Positions 14,276 to 28,416 of a DNA stretch of 64,000 bases are shown here, in pieces. Below the pieces are notes generated by a model that saw only the letters and a program-made list of their open reading frames with translations, had not been told where the DNA came from and made no database searches. Numbering within the stretch: the first letter of the stretch is position 1; every line of letters starts with the position of its first letter. The position numbers were made by a program, and so were the translations under genes. This stretch comes from the human T2T-CHM13v2.0 reference genome, Homo sapiens: assembly GCF_009914755.1 (NCBI RefSeq), contig NC_060948.1. One strand, 5' to 3'.

Positions 14276-17200
14276 GGCCTGGAATAAAGTGGAATGCTAC
14301 GGTCTCGAATGGAATAAAAATGTATGGAATGGAATGCAATGAAACGGAATCGAATGTCATAGAATGTAATGGAATGCAAAAAAATGGAATCCAAAATCAT
14401 TGACTGGAAAGGCTGGGTGTCGAAAGGAATTGACTCCAATGGAATGGAATCGAATGGAATGGAAGTGAATAGAATCGAACTAAATCGAATGGAATGGAAT
14501 TGATAGGAACGGAATGGAAAGGAATGCAATGATTTGGCATGGAATGGAATCGAATGGCATCGAATGGAATGGAATGGAATGCAATGGAATGGAATGTATT
14601 AGAATGTAATGAACTTTAATGGAATGTACTCGAATGGATTCGACTGGAATGGAATGTTCTGGAAGTGAATGGACTCCAATGGAATGGATTCAAAAGGAAT
14701 GGAATCGTACGGAATGGAATCTAATGGAATGGAATTAAATGGAAATGAATCAAATTGAATAGCACGGAATTGAATTGAATGGAATGGAATGCAATGGAAT
14801 CTAATGAAACGGAAAGGAAAGGAATGGAATGGAATGGAATGGACTGGAATGGAAAGGAATCGAAACGAATGGAATGGAATCGAACTGAAGAGACTGGAAT
14901 GGAATGCACTGGAATGGAAGGGAGTGAAATGGAAGGTTCTCGAAAAAAATGGAATCGAATGGAATGGAATTGAATGGAACGGAATAGAGTCGAATGGAAT
15001 TGAATGGAATGGAATGGACTAGAGTGAAATGGAATCGAACCACAAGGAATGGACAGGAATAGAATGGTCTCGAATTGAATGGAATCGTATGGAATGGCAT
15101 GAAACGGAATGGAATGGACAGCCACGGAATGGAATGCACTCGAATGCAATGGAGTCGAAACTAATGGACTGGAATAGAATGGACTCGACTGGTACGGACT
15201 CCAATGGAATGGAATCGAATGGAAGGGAATCGAACGGAATGGACTCGAAGGGAAAAGACTGCAATGGAAAGGTCTCGAATGGAATGGAAATTAATGGAAT
15301 GGAATGGAATCGAATGAAATGGAGTCAAAAGGAATGGAATCGAATGGCAAGAAATCGAATGTAATGGAATCGCAAGGAATTGATGTGAACGGAACGGAAT
15401 GGAATGGAATCCAAAGGAATGGAATAGAATGGAATGGAATCGAATGGAAAGGACTCGAATGGAAATCACTCGAATAGAATGCAATTTAATAAAATAGGAT
15501 CAAATGTAATGGAATGGAATGGAAAGGAATCGAAACGGAAGGAATGGAGACAGATGGAATGGAATAGAACAGAGAGCAATGGTATAGAATGGAATGGAAT
15601 CATCTGGAATGGAATTGAATGGAATGGAATAATATGAAATGGAATGGAATGGAATGGAATGGAATGCCCTTGAATTAAATGGACTGGAATGGAATGGACT
15701 CGAACAGAGTGGAATGGAAAGTGTTGAGATAGAATGGAATGGACTCCTTTGGAATGGTGTAGTATGCAATGCAATCGACTGGCAGGGAATCAAAAGGAAT
15801 GTAATCGAATGGATTGGACTGGAATGCAATGGACTCGAATAGATTGCAAACGGAATGCAAAGGAATGGAATGGAATAGTATGGAATGGAATGGAAAGGAA
15901 TGGAGTGGAATAGACTAGAGTGGAATGGAATGGACTGGAAAGCAATGGACTGGAATGGAACTTTCTTGAATGGACTGGAATCAAACGGAATGGAATGCAA
16001 TGCAATCAAATGGCATGGAATAAAATAGAATGAAAGAGAATCAAATGGAATTGAATCGAATGGAATCGAATGGATTGGAAAGGAATAGAATGGAATGGAA
16101 TGGAATGGACTAGAATGGAATGGATTCGAATGGAAGGCAAAGGAATGGAATCTATTGGAATGGACTGTAATGGAATGGAATGGAAGGGATTGGAATGGAC
16201 TCGAATGGAATTGACTGCAATAGAAAGGATTCGAATGGAATGAAAAAGAATTGAATGGAATAGAACAGAATGGAATCAAATCGAATGAAATGGAATGGAA
16301 TAGAAAGGAATGGAATGAAATGGAATGGAAAGGATTCGAATGGAATGCAATCGAATGGAATGGAATCGAATGGAATGGAATAAAATGGAAGAAAACTGGC
16401 AAGAAATGGAATCGAAATGAACGGAGTGTTATGGAACGGACTCAAAAGGAATTGAATGTAATAGAATGGAGTGGAGTGGACTCGAATATAATGGACTGGA
16501 ATGGAATGAAATCACATGGAATGGGAACGAATGGAATGGAATGGAAAGGAATGGAATCGAATGGAAAGGAATCGAATGGAAGGGAATGAAATTGAATCAA
16601 CAGGAATGGAAGGGAATAGAATAGACGGTAATGGAATGGACTCGAATAGAACGGACACGAATGCTCAAATTGAATGGACTCGAATGGAATGGAAATGAAA
16701 GGAATGTCATCGAATGGAATTGAATCGATTGGAATGAAATCGCATAGAATGGAGTGGAATCAAATGGAATTGAATCGAAAGGAAAGGAAGCGAATGGACT
16801 GAAATGAAATGGAATGGAATTGAATGGAAAGTAATGCAATGGAATAGAATGGAACGAAATTTCACGGAATGGAATCAAAATGAATGGAATCAAATCAATG
16901 GAATCCAATCAAATGGAATGGAGTAGATTGCATTGGATGGGATTGGAATGAAATGTACTGGAAAGGACTCGAATTTCATGAAACGGAATGGAATGAATTG
17001 GAACGGAATGGACTCGAATGGAATGGAATGTCATAGAATGGCATCAAATGGAATGGCATCAAATGGAATGGAATCGAATGCAATGGAATGCTATGGAATG
17101 GAATGGAATGCATTGGAATGGAATGTCCTCTAATGGAATGGATTCGAGTGGAATGGAATCGAATATAATGGAGTCGAATGAAATGGAATTGAAAGGAATG

Positions 17201-17799
17201 GGATCGAATACAATGGAATATACTGGAATGTAATGTAATGAACTCGAATGTAATTGACTGGAATGGAATGTACATGAATGGAATGTAATCGAATGGAAAG
17301 TAATCCAATGGAATAGAATCTAATGCAATAAAATCGACTCAGATAGAGTAGAATGTAATGGAATGGAGTGCAGTGCAATGGAATGGAATGGAATGGAATG
17401 CAATGGAATGGAATGGAATGGAATGGAATGGAATGGGATGGAATGGTATGGAATGGACAGTAATGGACTGGAGTGAAATGGACTGGAAAGGAATGGACTC
17501 AAATTGAAAGGGCTCGATAGGAATAGAGACAAATGGAATGGTCTGGAATGGAATGAACACGAATGTAATGCAATCCAATAGAATGGAGTCGAATGGCACG
17601 GAATATAAAGAAATGGAATCGAAGAGAATGGAAACAAATGGAATGGAATTGAATGGAATGGAATTGAATGGAATGGGAACGAATGGAGTGAAATTGTATG
17701 CAGTAGAAGAGAATAGAATGGAATGCAAGCGAAAGGAAAGGAATGGATTGGAATGGAATGGAATTCATTGGAATGGAAGGGAATGTAGTGTAATGGACA
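14276..17799 (+). repeat. DYZ1 unit U5, 3524 bp (shortest)
   Basis: GGCC at 14276 to 17800. Confidence 0.9.
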
Positions 17800-20700
17800 G
17801 GCCTGGAATAAAGTGGAATGCTACGGTCTCGAATGGAATAAAAATGTATGGAATGGAATGCAATGAAACGGAATCGAATGTCATAGAATGTAATGGAATG
17901 CAAAAAAATGGAATCCAAAATCATTGACTGGAAAGGCTGGGTGTCGAAAGGAATTGACTCCAATGGAATGGAATCGAATGGAATGGAAGTGAATAGAATC
18001 GAACTAAATCGAATGGAATGGAATTGATAGGAACGGAATGGAAAGGAATGCAATGATTTGGCATGGAATGGAATCGAATGGCATCGAATGGAATGGAATG
18101 GAATGCAATGGAATGGAATGTATTAGAATGTAATGAACTTTAATGGAATGTACTCGAATGGATTCGACTGGAATGGAATGTTCTGGAAGTGAATGGACTC
18201 CAATGGAATGGATTCAAAAGGAATGGAATCGTACGGAATGGAATCTAATGGAATGGAATTAAATGGAAATGAATCAAATTGAATAGCACGGAATTGAATT
18301 GAATGGAATGGAATGCAATGGAATCTAATGAAACGGAAAGGAAAGGAATGGAATGGAATGGAATGGGCTGGAATGGAAAGGAATCGAAACGAATGGAATG
18401 GAATCGAACTGAAGAGACTGGAATGGAATGCACTGGAATGGAAGGGAGTGTAATGGAAGGTTCTCGAAAAAAATGGAATCGAATGGAATGGAATTGAATG
18501 GAACGGAATAGAGTCGAATGGAATTGAATGGAATGGAATGGACTAGAGTGAAATGGAATCGAACCACAAGGAATGGACAGGAATAGAATGGTCTCGAATT
18601 GAATGGGATCGTATGGAATGGCATCAAACGGAATGGAATGGACAGCCACGGAATGGAATGCACTCGAATGCAATGGAGTCGAAACTAATGGACTGGAATA
18701 GAATGGACTCGACTGGTACGGACTCCAATGGAATGGAATCGAATGGAAGGGAATCGAACGGAATGGACTCGAAGGGAAAAGACTGCAATGGAAAGGTCTC
18801 GAATGGAATGGAAATTAATGGAATGGAATGGAATCGAATGAAATGGAGTCAAAAGGAATGGAATCGAATGGCAAGAAATCGAATGTAATGGAATCGCAAG
18901 GAATTGATGTGAACGGAACGGAATGGAATGGAATCCAAAGGAATGGAATAGAATGGAATGGAATCGAATGGAAAGGACTCGAATGGAAATCACTCGAATA
19001 GAATGCAATTTAATAAAATAGGATCAAATGTAATGTAATGGAATGGAAAGGAATCGAAACGAAAGGAATGGAGACAGATGGAATGGAATGGAACAGAGAG
19101 CAATGGTATAGAATGGAATGGAATCATCTGGAATGGAATTGAATGGAATGGAATAATATGAAATGGAATGGAATGGAATGGAATGGAATGCCCTTGAATT
19201 AAATGGACTGGACTCGAACAGAGTGGAATGGAAAGTGTTGAGATAGAATGGAATGGACTCCTTTGGAATGGTGTAGTATGCAATGCAATCGACTGGTATG
19301 GAATCAAAAGGAATGTAATGGAATGGATTGGACTGGAATGCAATGGACTCGAATAGATTGGAAACGGAATGCAAAGGAATGGAATGGAATAGTATGGAAT
19401 TTAATGGAAAGGAATGGAGTGGAATAGACTAGAGTGGAATGGAATGGACTGGAAAGCAATGGACTGGAATGGAACTTTCTTGAATGGACTGGAATCAAAC
19501 GGAATGGAATGCAATGCAATCAAATGGCATGGAATAAAATAGAATGAAAGAGAATCAAATGGAATTGAATCGAATGGAATCGAATGGATTGGAAAGGAAT
19601 AGAATGGAATGGAATGGAATGGACTCAAATGGAATGGACTAGAATGGAATGGATTCGAATGGAAGGCAAAGGAATGGAATCTATTGGAATGGACTGTAAT
19701 GGAATGGAATGGAAGGGATTGGAATGGACTCGAATGGAATGGACTGCAATAGAAAGGATTCGAATGGAATGAAAAAGAATTGAATGGAATAGAACAGAAT
19801 GGAATCAAATCGAATGAAATGGAATGGAATAGAAAGGAATGGAATGAAATGGAATGGAAAGGATTCGAATGGAATGCAATCGAATGGAATGGAGTCGAAC
19901 GGAATGGAATAAAATGGAAGAAAACTGGCAAGAAATGGAATCGAAATGAATGGAGTGTTATGGAACGGACTCAAAAGGAATTGAATGTAATAGAATGGAG
20001 TGGAGTGGACTCGAATATAATGGACTGGAATGGAATGAAATCACATGGAATGGGAACGAATGGAATGGAATGGAAAGGAATGGAATCGAATGGAAAGGAA
20101 TCGAATGGAAGGGAATGAAATTGAATCAACAGGAATGGAAGGGAATAGAATAGACGGTAATGGAATGGACTCGAATAGAATGGACACGAATGCTCAAATT
20201 GAATGGACTCGAATGGAATGGAAACGAAAGGAATGTCATCGAATGGAATTGAATCGATTGGAATGAAATCGCATAGAATGGAGTGGAATCAAATGGAATT
20301 GAATCGAAAGGAAAGGAAGCGAATGGACTGAAATGAAATGGAATGGAATTGAATGGAAAGTAATGCAATGGAATAGAATGGAACGAAATTTCACGGAATG
20401 GAATCAAACTGAATGGAATCAAATCAATGGAATCAAATCAAATGGAATGGAAAGGAATTGAATGGAGTAGATTGGATTGGATGGGATTGGAATGAAATGT
20501 ACTGGAAAGGACTCGAATTTCATGAAACGGAATGGAATGAATTGGAACGGAATGGACTCGAATGGAATGGAATGTCATGGAATGGCATCAAATGGAATGG
20601 CATCAAATGGAATGGAATCGAATGCAATGGAATGCTATGGAATGGAATGGAATGCATTGGAATGGAATGTCCTCTAATGGAATGGATTCGAGTGGAATGG

Positions 20701-21343
20701 AATCGAATATAATGGAGTCGAATGAAATGGAATTGAAAGGAATGGGATCGAATACAATGGAATATACTGGAATGTAATGTAATGAACTCGAATGTAATTG
20801 ACTGGAATGGAATGTACATGAATGGAATGTAATCGAATGGAAAGTAATCCAATGGAATAGAATCTAATGCAATAAAATCGACTCAGATAGAGTAGAATGT
20901 AATGGAATGGAGTGCAGTGCAATGGAATGGAATGGAATGGAATGCAATGGAATGGAATGGAATGGAATGGAATGGAATGGGATGGAATGGTATGGAATGG
21001 ATAGTAATGGACTGGAGTGAAATGGACTGGAAAGGAATGGACTCAAATTCAAAGGGCTCGAAAGGAATGGAGTCAAATGGAATGGTCTGGAATGGAATGA
21101 ACACGAATGTAATGCAATCCAATAGAATGGAATCGAATGGCATGGAATATAAAGAAATGGAATCGAAGAGAATGGAAACAAATGGAATGGAATTGAATGG
21201 AATGGAATTGAATGGAATGGGAACGAATGGAGTGAAATTGTATGCAGTAGAAGGGAATAGAATGGAATGCAAGCGAAAGGAAAGGAATGGATTGGAATGG
21301 AATGGAATTCATTGGAATGGAAGGGAATGTAGTGTAATGGACA
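17800..21343 (+). repeat. DYZ1 unit U6, 3544 bp
   Basis: GGCC at 17800 to 21344. Confidence 0.9.
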
Positions 21344-24300
21344 GGCCTGGAATAAAGTGGAATGCTACGGTCTCGAATGGAATAAAAATGTATGGAATGG
21401 AATGCAATGAAACGGAATCGAATGTCATAGAATGTAATGGAATGCAAAAAAATGGAATCCAAAATCATTGACTGGAAAGGCTGGGTGTCGAAAGGAATTG
21501 ACTCCAATGGAATGGAATCGAATGGAATGGAAGTGAATAGAATCGAACTAAATCGAATGGAATGGAATTGATAGGAACGGAATGGAAAGGAATGCAATGA
21601 TTTGGCATGGAATGGAATCGAATGGCATCGAATGGAATGGAATGGAATGCAATGGAATGGAATGTATTAGAATGTAATGAACTTTAATGGAATGTACTCG
21701 AATGGATTCGACTGGAATGGAATGTTCTGGAAGTGAATGGACTCCAATGGAATGGATTCAAAAGGAATGGAATCGTACGGAATGGAATCTAATGGAATGG
21801 AATTAAATGGAAATGAATCAAATTGAATAGCACGGAATTGAATTGAATGGAATCGAATGCAATGGAATCTAATGAAACGGAAAGGAAAGGAATGGAATGG
21901 AATGGAATGGGCTGGAATGGAAAGGAATCGAAACGAATGGAATGGAATCGAACTGAAGAGACTGGAATGGAATGCACTGGAATGGAAGGGAGTGAAATGG
22001 AAGGTTCTCGAAAAAAATGGAATCGAATGGAATGGAATTGAATGGAACGGAATAGAGTCGAATGGAATTGAATGGAATGGAATGGACTAGAGTGAAATGG
22101 AATCGAACCACAAGGAATGGACAGGAATAGAATGGTCTCGAATTGAATGGAATCGTATGGAATGGCATGAAACGGAATGGAATGGACAGCCACGGAATGG
22201 AATGCACTCGAATGCAATGGAGTCGAAACTAATGGACTGGAATAGAATGGACTCGACTGGTACGGACTCCAATGGAATGGAATCGAATGGAAGGGAATCG
22301 AACGGAATGGACTCGAAGGGAAAAGACTGCAATGGAAAGGTCTCGAATGGAATGGAAATTAATGGAATGGAATGGAATCGAATGAAATGGAGTCAAAAGG
22401 AATGGAATCGAATGGCAAGAAATCGAATGTAATGGAATCGCAAGGAATTGATGTGAACGGAACGGAATGGAATGGAATCCAAAGGAATGGAATAGAATGG
22501 AATGGAATCGAATGGAAAGGACTCGAATGGAAATCACTCGAATAGAATGCAATTTAATAAAATAGGATCAAATGTAATGGAATGGAATGGAAAGGAATCG
22601 AAACGGAAGGAATGGAGACAGATGGAATGGAATAGAACAGAGAGCAATGGTATAGAATGGAATGGAATCATCTGGAATGGAATTGAATGGAATGGAATAA
22701 TATGAAATGGAATGGAATGGAATGGAATGGAATGCCCTTGAATTAAATGGACTGGAATGGAATGGACTCGAACAGAGTGGAATGGAAAGTGTTGAGATAG
22801 AATGGAATGGACTCCTTTGGAATGGTGTACTATGCAATGCAATCGACTGGCAGGGAATCAAAAGGAATGTAATCGAATGGATTGGACTGGAATGCAATGG
22901 ACTCGAATAGATTGCAAACGGAATGCAAAGGAATGGAATGGAATAGTATGGAATGGAATGGAAAGGAATGGAGTGGAATAGACTAGAGTGGAATGGAATG
23001 GACTGGAAAGCAATGGACTGGAATGGAACTTTCTTGAATGGACTGGAATCAAACGGAATGGAATGCAATGCAATCAAATGGCATGGAATAAAATAGAATG
23101 AAAGAGAATCAAATGGAATTGAATCGAATGGAATCGAATGGATTGGAAAGGAATAGAATGGAATGGAATGGAATGGACTAGAATGGAATGGATTCGAATG
23201 GAAGGCAAAGGAATGGAATCTATTGGAATGGACTGTAATGGAATGGAATGGAAGGGATTGGAATGGACTCGAATGGAATTGACTGCAATAGAAAGGATTC
23301 GAATGGAATGAAAAAGAATTGAATGGAATAGAACAGAATGGAATCAAATCGAATGAAATGGAATGGAATAGAAAGGAATGGAATGAAATGGAATGGAAAG
23401 GATTCGAATGGAATGCAATCGAATGGAATGGAATCGAACGGAATGGAATAAAATGGAAGAAAACTGGCAAGAAATGGAATCGAAATGAATGGAGTGTTAT
23501 GGAACGGACTCAAAAGGAATTGAATGTAATAGAATGGAGTGGAGTGGACTCGAATATAATGGACTGGAATGGAATGAAATCACATGGAATGGGAACGAAT
23601 GGAATGGAATGGAAAGGAATGGAATCGAATGGAAAGGAATCGAATGGAAGGGAATGAAATTGAATCAACAGGAATGGAAGGGAATAGAATAGACGGTAAT
23701 GGAATGGACTCGAATAGAATGGACACGAATGCTCAAATTGAATGGACTCGAATGGAATGGAAACGAAAGGAATGTCATCGAATGGAATTGAATCGATTGG
23801 AATGAAATCGCATAGAATGGAGTGGAATCAAATGGAATTGAATCGAAAGGAAAGGAAGCGAATGGACTGAAATGAAATGGAATGGAATTGAATGGAAAGT
23901 AATGCAATGGAATAGAATGGAACGAAATTTCACGGAATGGAATCAAACTGAATGGAATCAAATCAATGGAATCAAATCAAATGGAATGGAAAGGAATTGA
24001 ATGGAGTAGATTGGATTGGATGGGATTGGAATGAAATGTACTGGAAAGGACTCGAATTTCATGAAACGGAATGGAATGAATTGGAACGGAATGGACTCGA
24101 ATGGAATGGAATGTCATGGAATGGCATCAAATGGAATGGCATCAAATGGAATGGAATCGAATGCAATGGAATGCTATGGAATGGAATGGAATGCATTGGA
24201 ATGGAATGTCCTCTAATGGAATGGATTCGAGTGGAATGGAATCGAATATAATGGAGTCGAATGAAATGGAATTGAAAGGAATGGGATCGAATACAATGGA

Positions 24301-24882
24301 ATATACTGGAATGTAATGTAATGAACTCGAATGTAATTGACTGGAATGGAATGTACATGAATGGAATGTAATCGAATGGAAAGTAATCCAATGGAATAGA
24401 ATCTAATGCAATAAAATCGACTCAGATAGAGTAGAATGTAATGGAATGGAGTGCAGTGCAATGGAATGGAATGGAATGGAATGCAATGGAATGGAATGGA
24501 ATGGAATGGAATGGAATGGGATGGAATGGTATGGAATGGATAGTAATGGACTGGAGTGAAATGGACTGGAAAGGAATGGACTCAAATTCAAAGGGCTCGA
24601 AAGGAATGGAGTCAAATGGAATGGTCTGGAATGGAATGAACACGAATGTAATGCAATCCAATAGAATGGAATCGAATGGCATGGAATATAAAGAAATGGA
24701 ATCGAAGAGAATGGAAACAAATGGAATGGAATTGAATGGAATGGAATTGAATGGAATGGGAACGAATGGAGTGAAATTGTATGCAGTAGAAGGGAATAGA
24801 ATGGAATGCAAGCGAAAGGAAAGGAATGGATTGGAATGGAATGGAATTCATTGGAATGGAAGGGAATGTAGTGTAATGGACA
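21344..24882 (+). repeat. DYZ1 unit U7, 3539 bp (U8-like 5' part, U6-like 3' part)
   Basis: GGCC at 21344 to 24883. Confidence 0.9.
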
Positions 24883-27800
24883 GGCCTGGAATAAAGTGGA
24901 ATGCTACGGTCTCGAATGGAATAAAAATGTATGGAATGGAATGCAATGAAACGGAATCGAATGTCATAGAATGTAATGGAATGCAAAAAAATGGAATCCA
25001 AAATCATTGACTGGAAAGGCTGGGTGTCGAAAGGAATTGACTCCAATGGAATGGAATCGAATGGAATGGAAGTGAATAGAATCGAACTAAATCGAATGGA
25101 ATGGAATTGATAGGAACGGAATGGAAAGGAATGCAATGATTTGGCATGGAATGGAATCGAATGGCATCGAATGGAATGGAATGGAATGCAATGGAATGGA
25201 ATGTATTAGAATGTAATGAACTTTAATGGAATGTACTCGAATGGATTCGACTGGAATGGAATGTTCTGGAAGTGAATGGACTCCAATGGAATGGATTCCA
25301 AAGGAATGGAATCGTACGGAATGGAATCTAATGGAATGGAATTAAATGGAAATGAATCAAATTGAATAGCACGGAATTGAATTGAATGGAATCGAATGCA
25401 ATGGAATCTAATGAAACGGAAAGGAAAGGAATGGAATGGAATGGAATGGGCTGGAATGGAAAGGAATCGAAACGAATGGAATGGAATCGAACTGAAGAGA
25501 CTGGAATGGAATGCACTGGAATGGAAGGGAGTGAAATGGAAGGTTCTCGAAAAAAATGGAATCGAATGGAATGGAATTGAATGGAACGGAATAGAGTCGA
25601 ATGGAATTGAATGGAATGGAATGGACTAGAGTGAAATGGAATCGAACCACAAGGAATGGACAGGAATAGAATGGTCTCGAATTGAATGGAATCGTATGGA
25701 ATGGCATGAAACGGAATGGAATGGACAGCCACGGAATGGAATGCACTCGAATGCAATGGAGTCGAAACTAATGGACTGGAATAGAATGGACTCGACTGGT
25801 ACGGACTCCAATGGAATGGAATCGAATGGAAGGGAATCGAACGGAATGGACTCGAAGGGAAAAGACTGCAATGGAAAGGTCTCGAATGGAATGGAAATTA
25901 ATGGAATGGAATGGAATCGAATGAAATGGAGTCAAAAGGAATGGAATCGAATGGCAAGAAATCGAATGTAATGGAATCGCAAGGAATTGATGTGAACGGA
26001 ACGGAATGGAATGGAATCCAAAGGAATGGAATAGAATGGAATGGAATCGAATGGAAAGGACTCGAATGGAAATCACTCGAATAGAATGCAATTTAATAAA
26101 ATAGGATCAAATGTAATGGAATGGAATGGAAAGGAATCGAAACGGAAGGAATGGAGACAGATGGAATGGAATAGAACAGAGAGCAATGGTATAGAATGGA
26201 ATGGAATCATCTGGAATGGAATTGAATGGAATGGAATAATATGAAATGGAATGGAATGGAATGGAATGGAATGCCCTTGAATTAAATGGACTGGAATGGA
26301 ATGGACTCGAACAGAGTGGAATGGAAAGTGTTGAGATAGAATGGAATGGACTCCTTTGGAATGGTGTACTATGCATTGCAATCGACTGGCAGGGAATCAA
26401 AAGGAATGTAATCGAATGGATTGGACTGGAATGCAATGGACTCGAATAGATTGCAAACGGAATGCAAAGGAATGGAATGGAATAGTATGGAATGGAATGG
26501 AAAGGAATGGAGTGGAATAGACTAGAGTGGAATGGAATGGACTGGAAAGCAATGGACTGGAATGGAACTTTCTTGAATGGACTGGAATCAAACGGAATGG
26601 AATGCAATGCAATCAAATGGCATGGAATAAAATAGAATGAAAGAGAATCAAATGGAATTGAATCGAATGGAATCGAATGGATTGGAAAGGAATAGAATGG
26701 AATGGAATGGAATGGACTAGAATGGAATGGATTCGAATGGAAGGCAAAGGAATGGAATCTATTGGAATGGACTGTAATGGAATGGAATGGAAGGGATTGG
26801 AATGGACTCGAATGGAATTGACTGCAATAGAAAGGATTCGAATGGAATGAAAAAGAATTGAATGGAATAGAACAGAATGGAATCAAATCGAATGAAATGG
26901 AATGGAATAGAAAGGAATGGAATGAAATGGAATGGAAAGGATTCGAATGGAATGCAATCGAATGGAATGGAATCGAATGGAATGGAATAAAATGGAAGAA
27001 AACTGGCAAGAAATGGAATCAAAATGAATGGAGTGTTATGGAACGGACTCAAAAGGAATTGAATGTAATAGAATGGAGTGGAGTGGACTCGAATATAATG
27101 GACTGGAATGGAATGAAATCACATGGAATGGGAACGAATGGAATGGAATGGAAAGGAATGGAATCGAATGGAAAGGAATCGAATGGAAGGGAATGAAATT
27201 GAATCAACAGGAATGGAAGGGAATAGAATAGACGGTAATGGAATGGACTCGAATAGAATGGACACGAATGCTCAAATTGAATGGACTCGAATGGAATGGA
27301 AATGAAAGGAATGTCATCGAATGGAATTGAATCGATTGGAATGAAATCGCATAGAATGGAGTGGAATCAAATGGAATTGAATCGAAAGGAAAGGAAGCGA
27401 ATGGACTGAAATGAAATGGAATGGAATTGAATGGAAAGTAATGCAATGGAATAGAATGGAACGAAATTTCACGGAATGGAATCAAACTGAATGGAATCAA
27501 ATCAATGGAATCCAATCAAATGGAATGGAGTAGATTGCATTGGATGGGATTGGAATGAAATGTACTGGAAAGGACTCGAATTTCATGAAACGGAATGGAA
27601 TGAATTGGAACGGAATGGACTCGAATGGAATGGAATGTCATAGAATGGCATCAAATGGAATGGCATCAAATGGAATGGAATCGAATGCAATGGAATGCTA
27701 TGGAATGGAATGGAATGCATTGGAATGGAATGTCCTCTAATGGAATGGATTCGAGTGGAATGGAATCGAATATAATGGAGTCGAATGAAATGGAATTGAA

Positions 27801-28416
27801 AGGAATGGGATCGAATACAATGGAATATACTGGAATGTAATGTAATGAACTCGAATGTAATCGACTGGAATGGAATGTACATGAATGGAATGTAATCGAA
27901 TGGAAAGTAATCCAATGGAATAGAATCTAATGCAATAAAATCGACTCAGATAGAGTAGAATGTAATGGAATGGAGTGCAGTGCAATGGAATGGAATGGAA
28001 TGGAATGCAATGGAATGGAATGGAATGGAATGGAATGGAATGGAATGGAATGGGATTGAATGGTATGGAATGGATAGTAATGGACTGGAGTGAAATGGAC
28101 TGGAAAGGAATGGACTCAAATTGAAAGGGCTCGAAAGGAATGGAGTCAAATGGAATGGTCTGGAATGGAATGAACACGAATGTAATGCAATCCAATAGAA
28201 TGGAATCGAATGGCATGGAATATAAAGAAATGGAATCGAAGAGAATGGAAACAAATGGAATGGAATTGAATGGAATGGAATTGAATGGAATGGGAACGAA
28301 TGGAGTGAAATTGTATGCAGTAGAAGGGAATAGAATGGAATGCAAGCGAAAGGAAAGGAATGGATTGGAATGGAATGGAATTCATTGGAATGGAAGGGAA
28401 TGTAGTGTAATGGACA
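24883..28416 (+). repeat. DYZ1 unit U8, 3534 bp
   Basis: GGCC at 24883 to 28417. Confidence 0.9.
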
